A stretch of DNA of 64,000 nt from Octopus vulgaris (Eukaryota), in assembly GCA_951406725.2 (NCBI GenBank), contig OX597815.1, positions 4,774,001-4,838,000 of the forward strand, in the 5' to 3' direction. Shown one piece after another: positions 53,623 through 64,000 of the stretch. A program made the position numbers and the translations under genes. The notes under the pieces were generated by a model. The model was not told where the DNA came from and ran no database searches. It saw only the letters and a list, made by a program, of their open reading frames with translations. How positions within the stretch are numbered: the stretch's first letter is position 1; each line of letters opens with the position of its first letter.

Positions 53623-54318
53623 TTTGTCTGCTTGTACTGCGGATTTCCACAAGAAAACCTGGTATGAGGTGGTGAAGCATGACCTTCAAACATTGGGCCT
53701 TACCGAGGTAATGGCTAGTGACTGAGATCTTTGGAGATATGCTATGCTTGAGAAGACCCAACAAGCCAAGTGAGACCATAACCCATGGCCTATGCCAGTG
53801 GGTGTAACCAGCCCACTTATGAATACCCCTCATTCATTGGATGATAAACTTTGCTTGCAAAGACCTGTTGAGGCAAGTGAAATCAAATCAAAATCACTGA
53901 CATGGCTTATGACAGAACCACCTGATTGGCACTCGTGCCAGTGGAACGTTAAAAGCACATTTGAGTGTGATTGTTGCCAGGGCCACGGATTGGCTCCCGT
54001 GCCGGTGACATGTAAAAAGCACCATTCAAGCGTGATCATTGCTCGCAGCGCCTTACTGGCACATGTGCTGGTGGCATGTGAAAAACAATATTCGAGTGTG
54101 GTTGTTGCCAATGCCGCCGGACTGGCTCCCGTGGCATGTAAAAGCACCCACTACACTCTCGGAGTGGTTAGCATTAGAAAGGGCATCCAGCTGTAGAAAC
54201 TTTGCCAGATCAGATTGGAGTCTGGTGCAGCTTCTTGGCTCTCCAGCCCTCAGTCAAACCCATCCAACCCACGTCAGCATGGAAAGTGGACGTTAAATGA
54301 TGATGATGATGATGATGA
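53623..54318 (+). mobile_element. RTE-type LINE 3' end
   Basis: PRKTWYEVVKHDLQTLGLTEVMASD*DLWRYAMLEKTQQAK*, then tandem-repeat UTR and (GAT)n. Confidence 0.85.
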
Positions 54319-57300
54319 CTTCAAGACAAAATTTCACAAGGGTCTCAGCTCATACAGCAAATTACTCGTACAATGGATTTCTTGTACTGCAAGGTCCTAC
54401 GGTATAATAGTAAACATAGGCGCAGGAGTGGCTGTGTGGTAAGTAGCTTGCTAACCAACCACATGGTTCCGGGTTCAGATGCGGGCATCTTGGGCAAGTG
54501 TCTTCTGCTATAGCCCCGGGCCGACCAATGCCTTGTGAGCGGATTTGGTAGACGGAAACTGAAAGAAGCCTGTCGTATATATGTATATGTATATATATGT
54601 ATGTGTGTGTTTGTGTGCGTCTGTGTTTGTCCCCCTAGCATTGCTTGACAACCGATGCTGGTGTGTTTACGTCCCTGTCACTTAGCGGTTCGGCAAAAGA
54701 GACCGATAGAATAAGTACTGGGCTTACAAATAATAAATCAATTTGCTCGACTAAAGGCGGTGCTCCAGCATGGCCGCAGTCAAATGACTGAAACAAGTAA
54801 AAGAGTAAAAGAGAAATATAAGTAAAACTAGTAAACACACACACACCAACCTCTTAACCAACGCATGCTAACCTCACCTGGTTGTGCTGCCAACCAAGAG
54901 CATGGTACTCTCTCTTCTGTGAAGTACCCCTACTACTGCCAGTCCCTCCCACGCCCTGGTGTATCCCTGCCTTCTCCCACCACACCCATGCCCCTTCCAT
55001 CTTCCCGCTCCTTCTAGTGTTTCTGAGGCCAATGCCCTCTTGCCCTCCTAGTCCCCCTCCTTCCTCACCTGTGCAGGTGTACATACCCTGGTTTACTGCA
55101 TGCTCTCTGCACCTACGCTTAATAACCATGCAGTCAAACACCACAACCTACACAACACGTTCTCCATAGAATCACAAACCAATAAAACAACAATAAAATA
55201 ACACGACATGTGCATTATTGATGTTCAATACAATAAAATACTCTGAACCCCCCCCCACCAACTTGTGTAGCTCCTGTTCGATACATCGTCAGCATCATCG
55301 ATTAAGAGGTGCTGGTAAGGCCAGAGGCTGCACCAGGCTCCAGTTGTCTGTCTTGGCATGGCTTCTTTGATGGGATGCCCTTCCTAATACCAACCACTTT
55401 TCAAAATGGAGTGGGGCTCTTGTTACCATTTATACCAGTAATTATGGTGCACTTAGTAATGTTTATATATGTCTAAGTGGCACCAGCACCACTACCAGCA
55501 CCACCACCACCAGTACCAGCAGCAGCAGCACACACCCCATCCTTTTTACTTACATTTCCAAGTTAAGAAAGGGTTGAAGTGGGGTTTAGCCATACAAATT
55601 CGCTTTTAATAAAGGAGAGAAACAGAATGAATTTGCACAAAAGTGATTAATCTCAATATATATAAAGCTGAAGTTGTGTGTGTATGGCAGGTTTGGTAGC
55701 CTTCAACTAACACTATCTCCTCTGAGATCCTGTGGCACAAGTTGACCAAAATTGAGAGTATGATAGCAGAAGGCTTGCTCTTCCTTCCGTAGAAGAAAAA
55801 ATTCAAATAGAAATTATTTACATCAAAAAGGTGCTTTTTTTTCTATGAAAATCCCTATATTTTACGATTTTTTGACTGCTGTGTTGCCATTTATCGGTGT
55901 ATTTCAACCAGAAAAATGTTCACTTAAAGAGAATAACAAGCTACATAAGGCAAAATTTTTACTTTTCAAAAATTCCAATTCTAAAGGGTCGAAAAGAAAA
56001 CAAACCCGAGGAATGCCGAGCAATACTGCTAGTATTAAATAATATTCATTAAACACAGATTTTATATTTAAATATTCCATCTGTATCAGTATAATATCAC
56101 TGAATTTATATTGTTCTTTATCAATTTCATTTGCTTCCCAACTACATGGTTCTGGGTTCAATCCCACTGCATGGCACCCTGGACGAATGTCTTCTACCAT
56201 ATTCTTGGACTGACCAAAGTCTTGTGAGTGGATTTGGCAAATGGAAGCTGAGAGAAGCCTGTCATCTGTATGTGTGAGTGTGTGTGTGTGTGTGTAGGGG
56301 GATTCATTTGACTAAAAATCCCTCAAGACTGTGCCCCAGCATGGCCACAGTCTAATGACTGCAACAGATGTAAATGTAAATAAATGCACAAAAATTGTGT
56401 CTGAGGTTATGTGTTTTATTGTTTGGTGGGGATTGTAGAGTGTTGTTAATTAACCCTAGGTCAGTCCTGTTTGAGCAAATCCATGATGAGAGACATCTCA
56501 CCTGTGATGAGATCCCGTCTCATCTTTTACTCCAACACTGTATTTCTGGAACCACATCAGCCAGTGTAACGTCCCCTTTCTGTTTTAAAGTCAACACAAT
56601 GTCATTTGATAAATTCCAATAAATATTTGGCTGCTACTTCTAGCAAGTTCAATGACCATATAAGACATCCTCATTGGTAGATGTTCTGCATGCGTGTGTG
56701 TGTGTGTGTGTGTGTACGGAATGTTATATGTGCGTGTGATAAAACGGAACAGTGATATAAATAGCACCAGTACTTTTCTTACCAAACCGATAGCAGCAGA
56801 GTTTTGAAAAATTGAATAACGGAAGATGGGAGGATTTTGGTAAATAATAAATGGTGAATAATGAGTGAGAGAAGGAGAGAGAGAGAGAGAGAGGCTGGGG
56901 GGGGAGTGGAGGAAGAGATAACTATGAGAACAAATAAGATACCAAAATCAAAGAAGAAACAAGATTCAAATGTGCAGACAATTTTGGCAGTTTAACAAGG
57001 TGTAGTGTGTGTGTGTGTGTGTGTGCGTGTGTATGTGTGTGTATGTGTGTGTGTGCGTGTGTGTGTATATAGCATTATATATGATATGTATATGTACATA
57101 TGTAGATATATATTTATGTGTGTGTATACAAATGTATATACATATATATATATATGTATATAAATGTATACATATATGTATGTAGATAAATGTATATCTG
57201 TGTGTGTGTGTGTGTGTATTTGATGGCAAACATCTCCTGATAAATCTATGGCCTCCTACTCCTCCTCTCACTGCTACCAATACTATCACCTACAATTACC

Positions 57301-59354
57301 ATCATCCTCAGCTTCACCACCACCACCACCACCACCACCACCATCATCATCACCACTACAATCTTATCAAAAGGGAGTTAAAGAAATATTTATGAAATAC
57401 CTATTTTAGCACAATTTTTGTTTCCCCCTTGGCAAACTGTAAATAAAGGGTCTAATGGTGGCAATTAAGGATCAGGCAACAAAACTAAGGAAAAAAAAAA
57501 GTGGGGTAAACAAAAGGGGACACAAATTGATGTCCTTTATTTGTTGGTTAAATATTTTAAGTTTTAATATGGGTTCTTTTTTAAATAGGGGTCGTTTTCT
57601 TTAAATGAAGTAAGGGAATAGGCACAAGATCTGTTGAAGTAATGTTGAAAGAAGGGAGAGAGTACAATCAATAAAACTGACCCCAGGACATCACTGGTAT
57701 TTTATTTTATTGACCATGGGAGGATCAAAGCACTGAGTCCACTCTGTGTAGTGGTTGGTGTTTGGAAGGGCATCCAGCTGTAAAAACCCTGCCAAAACAG
57801 ACACAGTAGCCAAGGGTAGATTTTCTACCTGGCTGGCTCCTGTTATCCATCCTACCCATGCATGACGATGATAATGTAAGGAGGGGGAAGAAATTCTAAA
57901 TACTGGTATCTTCCCTGGAATTACATATTCCCTGGAATTACATATTTTTCCGTTATCTTAAAAAATGGAAAAATACATTAGAAAATATAGGGCCTCCTTA
58001 CTTTTACTTATAATGGCATTCATCTGTGGTGGGTTGAGCCAGCTCTGACCAACAAGTTCACCATGGCCCTCACAAATGCTGACCACATCTAAAGGTCAAC
58101 TCTAACATTCCAGCAGGCAATGGCATGATTCTACTTGCAGCCCAAAAGTCCAGCTTGCAAATTTAAGAAATGCCCAACTAAGAGAGCAAGCATGTTGGAT
58201 AACGCAGATGCTGCAGCCGTTGTTGTCATTCACTCTTAAGGGGTGGAGTTCATGTTTGGATTTCAGTGGGAATACAAGCTGAAACCCAGGTTATGTCAGC
58301 TCCAATAACCTGACCAGTGGCTTGGTCAGTGAATCCTCTGTGACAGTCGACAAACAACTGCAAAATGAACAGCTTTGGATCACACTGTATCAAAGTGTGT
58401 ATGTCTGTGACTTGGGACCATGGGGGAACCTGTATTCCCGCGGCAAACTCTGGTTAGAAAATATAATACTAGATCAGCATGGAAAACAGGTGATAAATGA
58501 TGATGATGATGATGATGATATATATATTCCAGCTCCACCTTGACTGACTCCCAGGCTGGTGGCACATAAAAAGCACCATCAGATCATGGGCGATGCCAGC
58601 CCCCTCTGGCCCCTGTGCCGATGGCACGTAAAAAAGCCCCCACTACACTCTTGGAGTGGTTGGCATTAGGAAGGGCATCCAGGTGTAGAAACACTGCCAG
58701 ATCAGACTGGAGCCTGGTGCAGCCTCCTGGCTTCCCAGACCCCAGATGAACTGCCCAACCCATGCTAGCAAGGAAAACGGACATTAAACGATGATGATGA
58801 TAATGACACAATATTTGGCGAAAAAACACAACAAAAAAGTAGAGAGAACATGAGGCAAAATACGTTCTTGTAACTCATTAAGGTCTTTTACATTCTATGA
58901 ATGAGCATGGCCTAGTGGTAGCACTTATGATCATTCTTCCAAAGAATAAGTCCTGGGGTTGATTTGCTCGACTAAAGGCGGTGCTCCAGCATGACCACAG
59001 TCAAATGACTGGAACAAATAAAAGAATACAAGAGAATACGTATACATACAGCATGGAAAGTGGATGTTAAACGATGATGATGATACATATATATATATAC
59101 ATATGTATACATATACATACATATATATAAATATATATATACACATATATATATATATATATATACACATACATATATATATATATATACACTTACATAT
59201 ATATATATACACATACATATATATATATACACACACATATATATATAAATACACACATATATATATATATACACACATATATATATACATAATAGAAATA
59301 TTAAAATTACTAAGTCTCTCTAAAAGAGAACAGCGGCAGCGTTCCCGGAAAATA

Positions 59355-59751
59355 ATAGTTATCGCCATACTAATATGGCATTCTTATAAAAATAAGAATA
59401 AAGCTGTCCGCTTATTAGCTCCATGAGGCCATCGCCTTAAGTTAGCTATTTGATACACAAACTGTATCCATATAACCTTCGAACAAGGGAGGTCAGTCGC
59501 TCCACACTACTTGACCGGCAGCTACAGACACGTTTCGGGGTATTGCCCCTTTTCAATGCAGTGTAGCCAGACCAGTAGGTGTCGCTTCTGACAGTCTCTG
59601 TTCGAAGGTTTTATTTACTTTGTTCGAAGGTTATATGGATACAGTTTGTGTATCAAATAGCTAACTTAAGGCGATGGCCTCATGGAGCTAATAAGCGGAC
59701 AGCTTTATTCTTATTTTTATAAGAATGCCATATTAGTATGGCGATAACTAT
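59355..59751. repeat. 132-bp inverted repeat with 133-bp spacer
   Basis: Arms 59355-59486 and 59620-59751 are reverse complements; right end abuts (TA)n; spacer holds a hammerhead. Confidence 0.9.
59522..59561 (-). ncRNA. Minimal type I hammerhead motif with U3-A8 core
   Basis: CTGCA-TTGAAAA-GGGG(CAATA)CCCC-GAAA-CGTG-TC-TGTAG. Helices I and II are intact; stem III is self-complementary (ACGUGU); GUC triplet. Confidence 0.75.
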
Positions 59752-59872
59752 ATATATATATACACATATATATATATATAACACATATATATATATATAC
59801 ACACATATATATATATACACATATATATATACACACATATATATATATACACACATATATATATATACACAC

Positions 59873-60045
<173 letters not shown>

Positions 60046-60047
60046 AC

Positions 60048-60091
<44 letters not shown>

Positions 60092-60114
60092 CACATATAT
60101 ATATATATACACAC

Positions 60115-60145
<31 letters not shown>

Positions 60146-60233
60146 TATATACATATATATATATATATACACACATATATATATATATAACATATATATA
60201 TACACACATATATATATACACATATATATATAT

Positions 60234-60331
<98 letters not shown>

Positions 60332-60532
60332 CGTTTTTGGATTTGGTTTGCAAGATTCTTTATATGAGTTCGTGTGTTGAAGCATAATAAGTGGAAATTT
60401 TACCGGTGAGGGTGTTAAATAATAAGGCACTAAAAGAGAATGACTCTCCCCAGACACAACAGAATATTATATATATATATATATACACACATATACATAT
60501 ATACACGTACATGTGTGTGTATATACACATTT

Positions 60533-60998
<466 letters not shown>

Positions 60999-61624
60999 CT
61001 ATTTCATGTCCTTTTTGTTCTTGGGTGATTTTAGCAGAGTCCATTTGCTCTGTTGCCAAGCATTTGGACCAAGTGTCTTGGTTAGTGGATACATCCCCCC
61101 CCCACATTCCCACTAGTCCTGGAAGACTCAATAAATGGTGATGGCTAAAACCTTACCCTTCTGACTAAGTGATATAAAAAAAAAAGCAATCTACTTGATA
61201 TGGGTTGGATGGGTCATCAAAGTCTGAGTATGTCCTAATTCAGAGTCCATTTCCGTTCCTGATGATTCAGAACATCATGTCTCACTCACTCACAAATTCC
61301 ATTTTTGGTTGAATGTCACCAGCTGGAATCACTTCCTGACACCAAACACCAAACACAATGTCTATTAAGGACATTATAAAACAGCACCGGCACCAGTGAG
61401 ATTCTCTGTCCTCAGTAAGACTAAAAGCTTCACCTGACCCTGCACAGCCTGTGCTTATCTACCCTAACCACTTTTCAAAGTGTACTCGATGGCACCAACA
61501 CCAGAGAGGTCACCTTGTAATTTAGCCCCAAGAGACATCATCTCCAGCTGGCTATATGACACGATCTGTGTCCTTATATTTTTTAACAAGGGAATCTAGC
61601 ACCCCCACTCAGCTCAAAACAATA

Positions 61625-61669
61625 TCTGCGTATCGCGATTTCTGGGTTATTTCTCTTCATCAGCACAGA
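61625..61669 (-). ncRNA. Type I hammerhead motif (helix II weakened)
   Basis: TCTGTG-CTGATGA-A-GAG(AAATAA)CCC-A-GAAA-TCGCGA-TA-CGCAGA; palindromic stem III ATCGCGAT. Confidence 0.55.
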
Positions 61670-61816
61670 ATAATTGTTCGGCTAGAGGTGGTGCTGCCAA
61701 ATTCCCATTCGAAATATAGTTTTCAAAGTGACAACTAGTCACTGATTTATAAATTAGAAAATTACTGTTTTAAGATCTCACAACGAGAGATATTCAGTAA
61801 CAGTACTTTGGAGTAA

Positions 61817-62650
61817 ACACCAGGCTCCAATCTGATTTGGCAGTTTCTACAGCTGGATGCCCTTCCTAATGCCAACCACTCCGAGAGTGTAGTGGGTGCT
61901 TTTATGTACCACTGGCACAAGGGCCAGTCAGGCAGTACTGGCAACGGCCACACTCAAATGGTGTTTTTTACGTGCCACCTGCACAGGAGCCAGTCCAGCG
62001 GCACAGGCAATGACCTCACTCGAATGTTTTTTACATGCCACCGGCATTTCTATGTGCCACTGGCATGGAAGCCAGTCAGCTGCTCTGGCAATGATCATGC
62101 TTGGATGGTGCACATAGCGCTCCACTGGCTTGGGTGCCAGACTTCAAATTTGATTTGATTTCGATTTCACTTGCCTCAACAGGTCTTTGCAAGCAGAGTT
62201 TAGTGCCCAATGAAGGAAAGATAGGCATAAGTCGGCTGATTACAACCCTGGCATAGGCCACGGGTTATGGTCTCACTTGGCTTGCCAGATCTTCTCAAGC
62301 ACAGCATATTTCCAAAGGTCTCGGTCAATAGTCATTGCCTCAGTGAGGCCTAATGTTTGAAGGTCGTGCTTCAGCACCTCATCCCAGATCTTCCTGGGTC
62401 TACCTCTTCCACGGGTTCCTTCAACTGCTAAGGTGTGGCACTTTTTCACACAGCTATCCTCATCCATTCACACCACATAACCATACCAGTGCAGTCTTCT
62501 CTCTTGCACACCACATCTAATGCTTCTTAGGTCCAACTTTTCTCTCTAGGTACTAACACTCTGTCGAGTATGTACACTGACATTACACAGCCAGCAGAGC
62601 ATACTGGTTTCATTCCTTGCAAGCTTACACATGTCCTCAGCAGTCACGGC
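61817..62650 (-). mobile_element. RTE-type LINE fragment (ORF2 C-terminus plus 3' UTR)
   Basis: RRLHWYGYVVWMDEDSCVKKCHTLAVEGTRGRGRPRKIWDEVLKHDLQTLGL..DRDLWKYAV: the RTE W.GHV.RM..G.R.RGRP motif. Confidence 0.9.
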
Positions 62651-62666
62651 CCACATATATATACAC

Positions 62667-62701
<35 letters not shown>

Positions 62702-63507
62702 TATACACACATATATACACACAAATATGTACAAATATATATATACATATATATATACACACATATATACACACAAATATGTACAAATATATATATACAC
62801 ATACACACAAATATATATATATATATATATATACAAATACATACAAATATATATATATATGCATACATATACATGACAATTTTTAACATCTATGTATTAA
62901 TTTTGTTGGGTACCTATCTAGCAGTATATTGGATATATATTATCCCATGGTGGGTTGAATTTTCAACCCCTATCTCACTTTATAACCATATATACATATA
63001 TATACACATACAAACATACATATATATTCACATACATACATACATATATACACATACATATATACACATACATGCATACATACATATGTATATATACAGA
63101 CATACATATATACATACATGCATACATACATATGTATATATACAGACATATATATATACATACATGCATACATATATATATACACATACATACACACATA
63201 TATATATAGACATATACACACATATATATACACATACATACATATACATATATACACATACATATATATACATACATACATACACACACATATATATACA
63301 CACGCACACACATATATATATATATATACACACACATACATATACACACACACATATATATATATACACACACATACATATACATACACACACATACATA
63401 TATATATGTATTATATTATATAAGTATGTACAGGAAGAAAAAGAAAATATTTTGGCATTTATCCATTCCGGCAGAAACGAGATGTGTGAGCATGTGACTC
63501 TGCGTGT

Positions 63508-63561
<54 letters not shown>

Positions 63562-63677
63562 CAGGGCGTACACCATACATGTTTGATGTACCCAGCATAT
63601 AACGTACGGCTACGAACAAATGAAATGGGTGCAGAGAAGAGGAGGAGGAGGAGGGAGGAGTAGGAGGAAGGAGGAAA

Positions 63678-63708
<31 letters not shown>

Positions 63709-63789
63709 AGGTATGTAGTGGCTGTTGTTGTTATGTCAAACAAACAAACAAACAAACACACAACCTCCCCACCCCCCAAAAAAAAAAAC

Positions 63790-63921
63790 ACGTCATTAAC
63801 TATTCACAGTATTGAACCCTGCAACTCCCGTTCAAATAATCGCGTGCAATGTATTCATTAAAAGCTCTTCACTGCTACTCTATGACGTAGGCCTGTAGGA
63901 CGTACACAGCCCATGACGTCA
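63790..63921. promoter_or_regulatory. CRE/ATF motif cluster in CpG-retaining unique sequence
   Basis: TGACGTCA 63914-63921, TGACGTAG 63883-63890, ACGTCA 63790-63795. Confidence 0.4.
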
Positions 63922-64000
63922 GAAAGCACCCCCCACTCCACTCTTCTCTACCGCTTTTCTTTTATTTATTCGTCTATATTATTATTATTATTGATATTAT

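Overview
Eukaryotic, AT-rich, repeat-dense DNA. The tRNA-derived SINEs, RTE 3' ends with (GAT)n tails and long (TA)/(CA)/(CAT) microsatellites suggest an octopus (coleoid cephalopod) genome; this is inference. One host gene is recognisable: a minus-strand RCAN/calcipressin (regulator of calcineurin). Its SP-motif exon is 11703-11868 and its terminal exon is 6335-6471. A TATA+Inr-driven first exon (37233-36772) is in phase with the SP exon. I found no RRM-coding exon in the window, so a 113-aa RRM-less RCAN is predicted, carrying HLISPP instead of FLISPP. The rest is transposon debris (RTE, CR1-type, R4-like, Penelope, Tc1/mariner, hAT, piggyBac-like, SINEs). Reading the short non-SINE repeats by eye shows about a dozen type I hammerhead-ribozyme motifs in about nine unrelated short element families. 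These include U3-A8 covariant cores, an A/A-flanked helix II variant, a tRNA-headed hammerhead element and a partial-tandem 475-nt unit. Many are inserted in (TA)n and embedded in inverted repeats. Nearly all ORFs in the supplied track are microsatellite or repeat artefacts.
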